DNA from: an uncultured Ruminococcus sp.
GTDB taxonomy: Bacteria; Bacillota; Clostridia; Oscillospirales; Ruminococcaceae
Length of the DNA stretch: 64,000 bases
Assembly (NCBI GenBank): GCA_902780695.1
Contig: CACZGM010000008.1
Location: forward strand, 509 to 64,508
Reading direction: 5' to 3'
Part shown: in pieces, positions 1 through 8,498 of the stretch
Layout: each line of letters opens with the position of its first letter
Position numbering within the stretch: the stretch's first letter is position 1
The notes under the pieces: model-generated
Databases searched by the model: none
Seen by the model: only the letters and a program-made list of their open reading frames with translations
What the model was told of the DNA's origin: nothing
Program-made: the position numbers and the translations under genes

Positions 1-2
1 AA

Positions 3-485
3 GGCGGTGCGTTAGGCATAAATCGCTATACTCCGTCAACAGGAAAAGACACCATCACGTTGCTGAAGAACGGTTTTGCAAATCCTGACACGCTTTTGGA
101 ACGACTAAAAAGCGATTTTAAAAATCGTGATAGTTATGATACTGACTATATTGAAAGCCTTGTTGCTCATGAAATGGGGCATAATGCTCACGTTGCATTA
201 GCCTTGAAACGTGCTGGACTCGAATACGGAAAACCGCTGGGTACAATTGAACACGAGCTGTTTAAGACCGAATTCACAAAAATACAACAGGAAATATATG
301 AGGCGGCATTTACGGATGAGAGCTATTCTGAACTTCAAAAAATATGTGTTGAACAGCTCGGATCGATGACCTATTGTAACGCAGATGAGCTTATTGCACA
401 GAGTTTTGGCAATTACTATTACGGAAGTGTCAAATCCTCAGTCGGCGAAAAAATCGTTAAATATTTCAAAAAAGGACTGAAATAA
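3..485 (+). CDS. phage head-module protein, C-terminal part with HExxH zincin-like motif (5' end outside window)
   Basis: Frame 3 is open from the window edge to TAA 483-485. Contains VAHEMGHNAH. Sits where gp7/MuF-type head-morphogenesis genes lie, upstream of scaffold and capsid. Confidence 0.5.
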   Translation, partial: GGALGINRYTPSTGKDTITLLKNGFANPDTLLERLKSDFKNRDSYDTDYIESLVAHEMGHNAHVALALKRAGLEYGKPLGTIEHELFKTEFTKIQQEIYEAAFTDESYSELQKICVEQLGSMTYCNADELIAQSFGNYYYGSVKSSVGEKIVKYFKKGLK

Positions 486-486
486 T

Positions 487-711
487 ATGCAGTATAATAC
501 CAATTTTCCTTGTAAGTATGCAATCGGACAATTTATGGTCTTTCCTGCAGGCTTTTATAATGAAAAAAAGGTGGGAGACGGTTCCGTAGATTTTTTTGAC
601 AAGGATAATTTTGTGTGGTTTCGTCCCGGCGTTTCCGAAGAGATGAAACAGCGTGTTATCAATGACCTTAAAGAGTATTACGCCAAAGAGCGTGAAAAAG
701 GATATTATTAA
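487..711 (+). CDS. small hypothetical protein (74 aa), tightly coupled to the upstream HExxH ORF
   Basis: ATG lies 1 nt after the upstream TAA. Followed by a hairpin at 710-738. No recognisable motif. Confidence 0.5.
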   Translation: MQYNTNFPCKYAIGQFMVFPAGFYNEKKVGDGSVDFFDKDNFVWFRPGVSEEMKQRVINDLKEYYAKEREKGYY

Positions 712-738
712 ACCGCCCACATCGTGAGCGGTTTTCTT
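710..738 (+). terminator. candidate intrinsic terminator
   Basis: AAACCGC...GCGGTTT stem with an inner CAC/GTG pairing, followed by a T-rich tail. Confidence 0.4.
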
Positions 739-757
739 ATGCCCGAAAGGAGAAGAA

Positions 758-928
758 ATGGCAGATATATTTCATAATATAGAGCCTTTCAAGCTGACTG
801 TCGGTGTCAAAATCACTAATGCAGAAGAATATGAAAAGCTGGTAGATGATGTAAGACAGAAATATGAGGCTCTGCAAGAATCTATCAAACGACTGAATGA
901 TTTTCAGTTGGAATGTAAGATAGGTTAA
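758..928 (+). CDS. small hypothetical protein (56 aa; below the ORF-track cutoff)
   Basis: ATG 758 is preceded by AAGGAGAAG. Open to TAA 926-928. Charged, helical-looking sequence (EEYEKLVDDVRQKYEALQESIKRL). Confidence 0.4.
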   Translation: MADIFHNIEPFKLTVGVKITNAEEYEKLVDDVRQKYEALQESIKRLNDFQLECKIG

Positions 929-1086
929 TTTTACATTCGCCTGTAAAAATTCAATAATCTCAGCGTCGGGGCAACAGCTTCGGCGCTGTCTTTATAATCC
1001 AAAACGAACGGTCGGAGGAATTCGGCCGGGCAAAACATTTTTGTGAACGTTCCGGGCAAAGAACGGGACGGGCAAGGAGGAACATC

Positions 1087-1626
1087 ATGAACGAAACCAA
1101 CAGCACAACAGAGACCACAACAACGACCACAGAACAGCAGACCAACACCGAGCAGAAACAGGATCCCACATTTGACGAGGTACTGAAAAACAAGGCGTAT
1201 CAGTCTGAATTCGACAAACGCATCAATAAAGCTATTGAAACGGCGAAGTCAAAGTGGGACGAAGAGGCAAAGGCGCAGGCAGACGAGGCGGCCAAGCTTG
1301 CAAAGATGAAGGCCGACGAAAAGGCGGAATATGAGCGCCAGAAACGCGAACAGGCGCTTGCAGACCGTGAAGCGGCGATCACCAGACGCGAGCTCCACGC
1401 CGAGGCTGTGACCCAGCTCACCGACAAGGGGCTCCCCGCGTCGTTGGCGGATATCCTCGACTGCACAAGTGCGGAGAACTGCAAGAAGTCAATGGAAGCT
1501 GTCGAAAAAGCTTTCAATGAGGCTGTCGAGAAGAAGGTCAATGAAAAGCTGAAAGGTAATACGCCTAAAACAGGCGCAGGAAATCAGGCCGGGGACTCAT
1601 TCCTTGAGGGTCTCGGCGCAAAATAA
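1087..1626 (+). CDS. phage capsid scaffolding protein
   Basis: GGAGG RBS. K/E/A-rich coiled-coil 179-aa protein immediately upstream of the major capsid gene. Confidence 0.75.
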   Translation: MNETNSTTETTTTTTEQQTNTEQKQDPTFDEVLKNKAYQSEFDKRINKAIETAKSKWDEEAKAQADEAAKLAKMKADEKAEYERQKREQALADREAAITRRELHAEAVTQLTDKGLPASLADILDCTSAENCKKSMEAVEKAFNEAVEKKVNEKLKGNTPKTGAGNQAGDSFLEGLGAK

Positions 1627-1639
1627 CAGGAGGTAAACA

Positions 1640-2743
1640 ATGTCCGGTATTAATTTAGCAGCAAAGTATTCTGACAAGGTCGATGAAGTCATTCGTGCAG
1701 GCGCTCTCTCCGGAGCGGGTACAAACAACGATGTTGATTTTATCGGTGTAAAGACCGTAAAGGTCTATTCTATGGAGACCGCTCCTCTGAACGATTATAC
1801 AGCAAGCGGTTCTAATCGTTACGGTACACCCGCAGAGATCGAGGATAATGTCCAGGAGATGACTCTGACGCAGGCTAAGAGCTTCACGTTCACTATCGAC
1901 AAGACAAATGCTCTCGATACTCCCGCAGGTGTTCGTGACGCGGGTAAGGCTCTCCGTCGTCAGATCGACGAGAGGATCATTCCCGAGATCGACAGATACC
2001 GTTTCGCGGTAATGAGCAACAAGGCAGGTTATAAGACATACACCGCAAATACGGCGGCAAATGCTTATACGACCTTCCTCAGAGCAAACACGGAGATCAC
2101 AGACAACGAGTTCCCGCTTGAGGGGCGTGTGGCATTCTGTGCGAATCCGTTCATCGAGCTGCTCAAAAAGTCCAGCGAGTACACACGCAACACCGACCTT
2201 GCACAGGATCAGATCATCTTCAAGGGTCAGGTCGGTATTTGCGACGGTGTATATATCATCGCTGTTCCTTCGAGCCGCATGCCCGCGGGCGTTACGTTCA
2301 TCATCACTCATCCGATGTGCGCTCCCGCTCCCGTGAAGATCCAGGATTACAAGATTCACGATGATCCGCCCGGAATCGCAGGCCGTCTCGTTGAAGGTCT
2401 CGTATATCATGACTGCTTCATTTTCGACCGCAAGAAGGACGGTGTCGCTGTCAACTACGGCGCTTTCGGCACGCTGAACATCTCAATGACTGCGGAGGAA
2501 ACAAGCGGAAAGGGCAAGGTTACCGTAACGGGCAACAGCTCCGGCGCAACACTTGTGTACAAGACAGCTGCTTCCGTAACACCGCCTACTCTCGGCACAA
2601 GCCTTGCAAGCGGCTGGACGGCTCTCCCTGCTGACGGCGTCGTTTCCGCGACAGCGACACATCAGATCGTTGTAGCGGCAATGGACGCAGACAAGAAGGC
2701 TGTTGCAACATCTTCGGCAATTACCGTTGAAGTCGGAGCTTGA
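1640..2743 (+). CDS. phage major capsid protein with C-terminal Ig-like extension
   Basis: 367 aa, AGGAGG RBS, positioned after the scaffold gene. C-terminal ~90 aa (KVTVTGNSSGATLVYK...ITVEVGA) looks like an Ig-like decoration domain. Confidence 0.85.
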   Translation: MSGINLAAKYSDKVDEVIRAGALSGAGTNNDVDFIGVKTVKVYSMETAPLNDYTASGSNRYGTPAEIEDNVQEMTLTQAKSFTFTIDKTNALDTPAGVRDAGKALRRQIDERIIPEIDRYRFAVMSNKAGYKTYTANTAANAYTTFLRANTEITDNEFPLEGRVAFCANPFIELLKKSSEYTRNTDLAQDQIIFKGQVGICDGVYIIAVPSSRMPAGVTFIITHPMCAPAPVKIQDYKIHDDPPGIAGRLVEGLVYHDCFIFDRKKDGVAVNYGAFGTLNISMTAEETSGKGKVTVTGNSSGATLVYKTAASVTPPTLGTSLASGWTALPADGVVSATATHQIVVAAMDADKKAVATSSAITVEVGA

Positions 2744-2758
2744 TCGGAGGTATAAGTC

Positions 2759-3088
2759 ATGGCAGATCACAGACTGTATGCGCAGTTTGCCGCAAGGCTC
2801 GGTGAGGATATCCCGGAAGGAAAAGAGAATTTCGTGAACGCTATCCTTGACGAAGCCGAGGACAAAATATGCGATATAACCGGCAGAGCCGCTGTTCCCG
2901 CACAGCTCGACAGCCTTGTTGTAAAACTCGCTGTTGTCGCTTACAACAAGTGCGGAGCAGAGGGTGAAAGCTCACGATCGGAAGGCGGTATCTCCCGGGC
3001 GTTCGACGATCTGCCGGAGGACGATAAGGCAAGACTTATCAACTATCCGCGGAAGGTAGGTGCTATCCATGCGGCTGATGTCGGTTGA
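2759..3088 (+). CDS. head-tail connector protein (gp6-like)
   Basis: 109 aa with ILDEAEDKICDITGR...LVVKLAVVAYNKCGAEGESS, typical of gp6-type connectors. Position follows the capsid gene. Confidence 0.7.
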   Translation: MADHRLYAQFAARLGEDIPEGKENFVNAILDEAEDKICDITGRAAVPAQLDSLVVKLAVVAYNKCGAEGESSRSEGGISRAFDDLPEDDKARLINYPRKVGAIHAADVG

Positions 3089-3395
3089 CACGGCGGAGTA
3101 TCCGCTGAAACGTGCAGAGACAGGAAGTTCCGGATATGTCGGTACAAAGAATGTCTTTGCAGATGCGGGGGCAATAACGGGGCAGCTGTCACCTGCTTCC
3201 GACCGTTTTTCCGTGGAACTGTACGGCAATAAGGCGATGTCGATGTTTACGCTCATTGTGGGCAATAATGCCGATATAAGGAAGAATGACCGCGTAGTCC
3301 TCGCTGACGGGGAATACACGGTCGTTTCTGTCCTCGCGTTCGGCACACACAGGACGGCGATGCTTGAAAAGGCTGGTGCTTATGGCAATAGTTGA
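3069..3395 (+). CDS. head closure / head-tail adaptor protein
   Basis: ATG 3069 (track uses GTG 3060) after GGAAGGTAGG. Overlaps the upstream gene. Size and position fit head closure proteins. Confidence 0.55.
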   Translation: MRLMSVDTAEYPLKRAETGSSGYVGTKNVFADAGAITGQLSPASDRFSVELYGNKAMSMFTLIVGNNADIRKNDRVVLADGEYTVVSVLAFGTHRTAMLEKAGAYGNS

Positions 3396-3864
3396 GATCA
3401 AGGGTCTTAAAGGCGTTGTCGATAAGCTGAACCGTCTCGGAAAAGATATCGACACGATCGCGGATAACAGCCTGCACAAATCAGCTTACGACATTAAGCG
3501 CGAGGTCGAGAAGAACATTCGGACCGTGACCGCATCGTATAACGGGCATACTTACAAAGCTGTCGATACGGGTATGCTGCTTCGCAGCATACATGTCGAG
3601 AAGCTCGGCAAGTGCCGCTATGCAGTCGGTACAAATGTGAAATATGCACCAATGGTCGAATACGGCACTGGTGCAGCGGGTGATCCTGCGGTACCGCATA
3701 CTGCACGTCCCAAGTGGGTGTATTATAATCCGGCAATCGGAGCATACCGCACAGCGTATCCACAGCCTCCGCGTCCGTATATGCACCCGGCTTTCGAGAC
3801 CAAGCGTGCAGTCGTAACGATGAATTTAAGCCGTGCTATCATAAATGCGGGAAAAGAGAGGTGA
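3382..3864 (+). CDS. HK97 gp10-family tail-neck protein
   Basis: ATG 3382 (track start is TTG 3364). N-terminus MAIVEIKGLKG..LNRLGK and YAPMVEYGTG motif resemble the gp10 family. Confidence 0.7.
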   Translation: MAIVEIKGLKGVVDKLNRLGKDIDTIADNSLHKSAYDIKREVEKNIRTVTASYNGHTYKAVDTGMLLRSIHVEKLGKCRYAVGTNVKYAPMVEYGTGAAGDPAVPHTARPKWVYYNPAIGAYRTAYPQPPRPYMHPAFETKRAVVTMNLSRAIINAGKER

Positions 3865-3870
3865 TCTGAT

Positions 3871-4227
3871 ATGACAGATATAATTCCGCACGTTGCGGAG
3901 CTCCTTGCTCCGACCGGAGCACAGATAGAACTGTCGTGGCAGGACACTTGTGTCACATTCCCGCTGATAGTGCTTTCTGTGCCGTCCAACATGGCGGCTG
4001 AGACAAGCGGCGGCGACGAGATACTTACCAATATAACCGTGCAGGTCGATGCTTATACGCTCGACAAGAAAAACACAGTTGATCTCGCAAAATCTATCGA
4101 CGCGATAATGACACCGGCAGGATTCCGTCGCGGTATATCACAGCCCCTCACAGAAGGAGAGCTTGAACGGTATATGATGCAGTATTCCTGCACAGTCGAT
4201 TTTACACACCAAAACATTCTGATCTAA
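3871..4227 (+). CDS. hypothetical tail-completion-position protein
   Basis: 118-aa ORF between the gp10-like and major tail genes. Function assigned by position only. Confidence 0.45.
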   Translation: MTDIIPHVAELLAPTGAQIELSWQDTCVTFPLIVLSVPSNMAAETSGGDEILTNITVQVDAYTLDKKNTVDLAKSIDAIMTPAGFRRGISQPLTEGELERYMMQYSCTVDFTHQNILI

Positions 4228-4245
4228 CAAAAAGGGGGTAATGAA

Positions 4246-4650
4246 ATGCCTGCTGAAACAGACGTTTTTCACACCAAAGGTATTACATTCAAGATAGGCA
4301 GTACAGCGATCACAAACCTGTACTCTACGCCTGATATGGGCTCCGATCCGGAGCAGGTCGATGTAACATCCTTCGACGACACGACCAATAAGCACTATAT
4401 CCCCGGTCTCCAGGACGTTCAGAAGATGAACTTTGACTTCTGGAACAAGGGAAGCAATTTCTCGACCGCTGCGGGGCTTGAACCTGCCAACGGTCAGACC
4501 GCAACGTATCTGATAACATATCCTTCCGGCGTTACATACACTATCGTCGGATCGCATCAGACATACGCTCTCGCTGCGGGTATAAACGAAGGCGAAAAGT
4601 TCCGTATCTCGATCTCGGTATCGAGCATCACACGCGGGCTTCCGTCGTAA
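4246..4650 (+). CDS. major tail (tube) protein
   Basis: 134 aa, GGGGG RBS, directly upstream of the chaperone pair and tape measure. No sheath gene, so siphovirus-type. Confidence 0.7.
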   Translation: MPAETDVFHTKGITFKIGSTAITNLYSTPDMGSDPEQVDVTSFDDTTNKHYIPGLQDVQKMNFDFWNKGSNFSTAAGLEPANGQTATYLITYPSGVTYTIVGSHQTYALAAGINEGEKFRISISVSSITRGLPS

Positions 4651-4700
4651 ATGAAACGGGCGGGTCATTCCCGCCCGATTTACTTTGAAAGGAAAATACT

Positions 4701-5096
4701 ATGGCTAATCATGTTACATATACTCGTGCAGACGGTACGGATATAAAGCTGAAGCTCACGGCAGAGAGATCAGTTGAGCTTGAAGAAAAGCTGAAATGTT
4801 CCATACCCGATGCTACAAAAGACCTCGATAAGCTGGGTACCGCCTGTGAGTTCGTCGCTGCGGCTATTGCCGACGGCAGTTATAAGCAGCGTAAAGAGAC
4901 AGCGTATGAGATATACGATGAAATGACAGACGAAGGAAAGACGATACAGGATTATCAGTATCTTGTCTTCGATATTCTGGTATCCGCGGGTTTTTTAAAC
5001 GGCAAGGCGGTTCTGATGCAGAAGAACCTGATCGAGAAAGCACAGGAAAAGACGGAGAAGCTCCTTGCCGAGAGTACGACAGCATTACAGAGCTGA
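4701..5096 (+). CDS. tail assembly chaperone (gpG-like)
   Basis: 131-aa acidic protein in the canonical slot before the tape measure. Contains the slippery heptamer at 4991-4997. Confidence 0.7.
   Translation: MANHVTYTRADGTDIKLKLTAERSVELEEKLKCSIPDATKDLDKLGTACEFVAAAIADGSYKQRKETAYEIYDEMTDEGKTIQDYQYLVFDILVSAGFLNGKAVLMQKNLIEKAQEKTEKLLAESTTALQS
4991..4997 (+). other. -1 programmed frameshift slippery heptamer T_TTT_TTA
   Basis: In the zero frame this reads GGT TTT TTA (X_XXY_YYZ). The -1 frame is open from 4922 through 5425. Confidence 0.65.
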
Positions 5097-5131
5097 TAGA
5101 GGACGAGCTCCCCGCGGCGGTACTTGCCGGA

Positions 5132-5425
5132 GTGTCATATTCTGACTTCTGGGATATGACGGTCGGCGAGATATCCGACGTGCTGAATTACGCGTATGAG
5201 ACCGAGAAGGCACGGAGAAAAGCACAAGCAACGGATGCAGCTTCGACCGCGTATTATTCCGGCGTGTTCAGCCGGTGTGTGAAGCTCCCGGCGACTATAT
5301 ATGAAGCGTTCCCGGAGCTGTTCGGACATACCGCAGACGGGCAGATATCCGTGGATAATGTCGCGGAGTCAGAGCGTGGTATGGACAGATGGTTCCGGGC
5401 ATACGGTCAGAGGACGGTGAACTGA
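5132..5425 (+). CDS. -1 frame extension of the tail chaperone (gpT-like part of a G-T fusion)
   Basis: ORF is in the -1 frame relative to 4701..5096, with only a GTG and no RBS at 5132. Its TGA overlaps the ATG at 5425. Confidence 0.6.
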   Translation: MSYSDFWDMTVGEISDVLNYAYETEKARRKAQATDAASTAYYSGVFSRCVKLPATIYEAFPELFGHTADGQISVDNVAESERGMDRWFRAYGQRTVN

Positions 5426-5502
5426 TGTCAGCAACAGATGAATTAAATATTGTGATATCCGCCGATACCGGCAATGCGGCGCAGAACATAAGCAATACCC
5501 AA
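5425..5502 (+). pseudogene. tape measure protein, N-terminal segment (frame 1)
   Basis: ATG overlaps the upstream stop (TGATG) after AGGA. MSATDELNIVISADTGNAAQNISNTQ is protein-like, then the frame degenerates into a Cys/Arg/Ser-rich string. Confidence 0.55.
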
Positions 5503-5549
5503 ACGAGCTTAATAAGCTCGGAGAGAGTGCCAAAACAACAGACAGTGAT

Positions 5550-7382
5550 ATGTCCGCTCTTGTGCGTGCCATGTCCGAAGTCGCTGCCAATATGGTCTCG
5601 GTCTCACAGAATATATCGGTCTCGGCATCGGGCATCGCGGGATTCCATAACGGCTTTGATGCACTTTCCGGGATATTGCAGGATATAAGCACAAAGTTTG
5701 ACACCCTGAATGTATCAATGCAGAATACATCGTTCGGAGATGCAGCTTCGAGAGTTGCAGAGCTTTCCGCAGCTTCGGAGGCTTCTACGCAGGCTCTCAA
5801 CGGCATATCTGCCGCGGCTGATGAATTCGGTGTACACATGGGAACGATCTCCGATGCTACGAAGGGCTCGGCGGACGGCATGGACGCTCTTGCGAATGGG
5901 CTGAACGGGGCATTGTCATCTATCCGGAATTTCTCCGGAGATATGAACACCGCAGGAGCGGAAGCGCAGGAGACCGCCGCTAAGATCAAAGAACTGTCCG
6001 AACAGATAAACAAGATACCAAAAGGCAATAATGTTGCAGATCTGACAAAGTCGTTCAGGACGCTCAAGGGCGTTATCGCCACTCTCGGTATCGGTGCTTT
6101 TATCAAGCAGTCCAACGACGCGTACAACGTGCAGATGCAGAATGAGCTGAAACTCACATCTCACATGAAGCACCGTATGAACGCGACAGATGACGAGATA
6201 CGGTCGATAAAGGAGCTTGCGAGTGAACAACAGAAGCTCGGTGTTATCGGCGACGAGATACAGCTTGCAGGCGCACAGCAGCTTACCACTTACGCGAGAC
6301 AGTCGAGCACGCTGAGAGCACTGATACCGGCTATGAATAACCTTATAGCGCAGAACGCCGGATATGAAGCAAGCGTCGGTGATGCTACGTCTGCCGCGGA
6401 TACGCTCGGACGTGCTCTCAACGGGCAGTACACAGCACTTCAGCGACAGGGGGTATATTTCACCAAGGCACAGGAACAAGTGCTGAAATACGGCACTGAA
6501 GAGCAGAAAGCGATAGTTCTTGCGGACGCTATAAACAGTAAGGTCGGCAATATGAACCAGCTTCTCGCGCAGACACCGACAGGTCAACTGAAACAACTCC
6601 AGAACGATTTCGGCGATTTGCAGGAAGAGATCGGAGCAACGTTTCAGCCGCTTATAAGCTCATTCGTTCCAATCGTTCGCGGAGGAATGGAGATGCTTCG
6701 CGAGCCGATAAAGAATGTTTCTGTGGGAATTGCCGTGCTTGGCAGTGCTCTCGCAAGACTTGACAGCCCGGCTGTTCGTGCGATAGCTCTCGCTGCTGCG
6801 GGAATAGCGGTCGTGAATAAGCTGAGACTGGCACTCGGAGGCACAACGGCTCTTCTGCTCGTTGCAGGTGTTCTTCTTTCCGGTTTTATCGGCAGTATGC
6901 AGGAAGAGCAGGCAAGCATCGGAGATTATGTCAATAACGCATTCAACGGCGCACAGGACGCGATAGGCGGCGCTGAAGAGTCGATGAGCGACTTCAAGGA
7001 CGAGGTCAACGATACACAGAAAGCTGTCAACAGACTTGCCGGATTCGATACGCTGACAAAGCTGTCGGGAAGCGGCTCCGCGGGATCACTTGTAGCAGGT
7101 CTTATTGGCGACGGTGATATTGATAAGATATATGCTATGACCAATGCTGTGGGTGATCTTAACGGAGCGTTTGATTCGATTACAACACCAAGTATTGATG
7201 TCGATTTAGATAAAGCGTGGGAGGAGGTTCAGAAGTTTGGTTCTGATTTCTGGAAAATGCTTTTCGGAACGGATGAAGAACAATATATAGCTCTCAATAA
7301 TCTTACAGGCAGAATAGAAAAGGTTTTTGGTCCCGAGTTTACCGAGTTTTTTAAAGGTGTCGGAAAAGTATTTATGATATAA
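5550..7382 (+). CDS. tape measure protein, central segment
   Basis: 610 aa, Ala/Gly/Ser/Leu-rich with hydrophobic mid-region, in the canonical position. No RBS before ATG 5550, and the frame is open upstream from 5442. Confidence 0.85.
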   Translation: MSALVRAMSEVAANMVSVSQNISVSASGIAGFHNGFDALSGILQDISTKFDTLNVSMQNTSFGDAASRVAELSAASEASTQALNGISAAADEFGVHMGTISDATKGSADGMDALANGLNGALSSIRNFSGDMNTAGAEAQETAAKIKELSEQINKIPKGNNVADLTKSFRTLKGVIATLGIGAFIKQSNDAYNVQMQNELKLTSHMKHRMNATDDEIRSIKELASEQQKLGVIGDEIQLAGAQQLTTYARQSSTLRALIPAMNNLIAQNAGYEASVGDATSAADTLGRALNGQYTALQRQGVYFTKAQEQVLKYGTEEQKAIVLADAINSKVGNMNQLLAQTPTGQLKQLQNDFGDLQEEIGATFQPLISSFVPIVRGGMEMLREPIKNVSVGIAVLGSALARLDSPAVRAIALAAAGIAVVNKLRLALGGTTALLLVAGVLLSGFIGSMQEEQASIGDYVNNAFNGAQDAIGGAEESMSDFKDEVNDTQKAVNRLAGFDTLTKLSGSGSAGSLVAGLIGDGDIDKIYAMTNAVGDLNGAFDSITTPSIDVDLDKAWEEVQKFGSDFWKMLFGTDEEQYIALNNLTGRIEKVFGPEFTEFFKGVGKVFMI

Positions 7383-7435
7383 TAAATGGCGATGAGAGCG
7401 AGGTATATAAAGGCTGGTATGATCTTAATGAAAGA

Positions 7436-8083
7436 TTGAAGGTGCTGCTTGGAGACTTTTTTACTAAAGAAGTCTCTCCGCGCTATCAAAAACTCGGTCA
7501 AAGTCTTTACTATATATCAGATGGAATAGAAAAGACCAAAAACGGTGACAAAGTCGGTGCGAGTGAGAGCTTTACTCTTGCATCGTTAAAAGCGGGTCAG
7601 GCTGCTACAGGTCTGACAGCAGAGGAAAAAGCAGCATTAGAGAGAGCCGCGACATATTTTGAAGCAGGCAATTACGCAAATGCTAATATAGCTTACGATA
7701 AATCGACGGACAGCATCAGAGACTCGCTCCAATTCATGAATGAAATCCCCGATAAGATAGCGGACGGGCTCCAATTGGACATGGAAGGTAATTTTACATG
7801 GCTTGGAGACATGAAAAAAGGATGGGACGACTTTTGGAAGGGAATAGGAAGCGGCATATTTAACGCTCAATACGAGGGGTATGTCGATATGTACAGTAAT
7901 GTCAAAGTCGAAGAAAAGCAGCCTTCCCGCTACGACGTGCCGCTTTCGCCTACAGGTATTCCGTCTTATGTTCCGAAAGATAACATCACCGTTAATCTGA
8001 ACGTTGACGGTGAAACACTTGCTACAAAGACCATCGATATACAGAACAACGAAACCGTTGAAAGCAACGGCTATTATGGATAA
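7436..8083 (+). CDS. tape measure protein, C-terminal segment (separate frame)
   Basis: Only a TTG start with weak RBS. Frame is open from 7355, overlapping the end of 5550..7382. Ends with the motif ITVNLNVDGETLATKTI. Confidence 0.6.
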   Translation: MKVLLGDFFTKEVSPRYQKLGQSLYYISDGIEKTKNGDKVGASESFTLASLKAGQAATGLTAEEKAALERAATYFEAGNYANANIAYDKSTDSIRDSLQFMNEIPDKIADGLQLDMEGNFTWLGDMKKGWDDFWKGIGSGIFNAQYEGYVDMYSNVKVEEKQPSRYDVPLSPTGIPSYVPKDNITVNLNVDGETLATKTIDIQNNETVESNGYYG

Positions 8084-8095
8084 GGGGGCGATATC

Positions 8096-8497
8096 ATGCC
8101 AAACAGGGAAGCTGTAGCTCAGCTGATCAGTGCCGGCGGATCATGGCTGCCCGGTGTTGCCAAATACCATGTGACCCTCGAAGACCTTGACAGCGAGAAC
8201 TCCAACCGTGATGAGATCGGCGTTTTACATCGCGATATTATCCGCAGCAATGTAATACACGCGCAGGTCACTCACATCGTAGATCAGGCCGAACTTACTG
8301 CAATATGCGGAAGTATCAAGGAAGATGCAACCGTTCAGATGACCCTGTTCTGCCCGGGGCGCGATGTGAGCGAGCCGTATGTTGAGGCTACTTTCTATGT
8401 GAGTAAAGCCGATTACGACCTGATACGCTATAAAGACCCGGGGACAGGCAATGTCGCTGATTGGTGGCAGCTCAATTACACACTCGTGGAGGTATGA
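8096..8497 (+). CDS. tail component in the distal-tail-protein position
   Basis: 133-aa ORF directly after the tape measure. Function assigned by position only. Confidence 0.45.
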   Translation: MPNREAVAQLISAGGSWLPGVAKYHVTLEDLDSENSNRDEIGVLHRDIIRSNVIHAQVTHIVDQAELTAICGSIKEDATVQMTLFCPGRDVSEPYVEATFYVSKADYDLIRYKDPGTGNVADWWQLNYTLVEV

Positions 8498-8498
8498 T

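Noticed and set aside
7355-7440. Programmed ribosomal frameshifting as the explanation for the tape-measure breaks.
   Set aside because: Neither junction has an X_XXY_YYZ heptamer in the correct frame. Single-base loss in A or T runs is the simpler explanation, although it is not proven.
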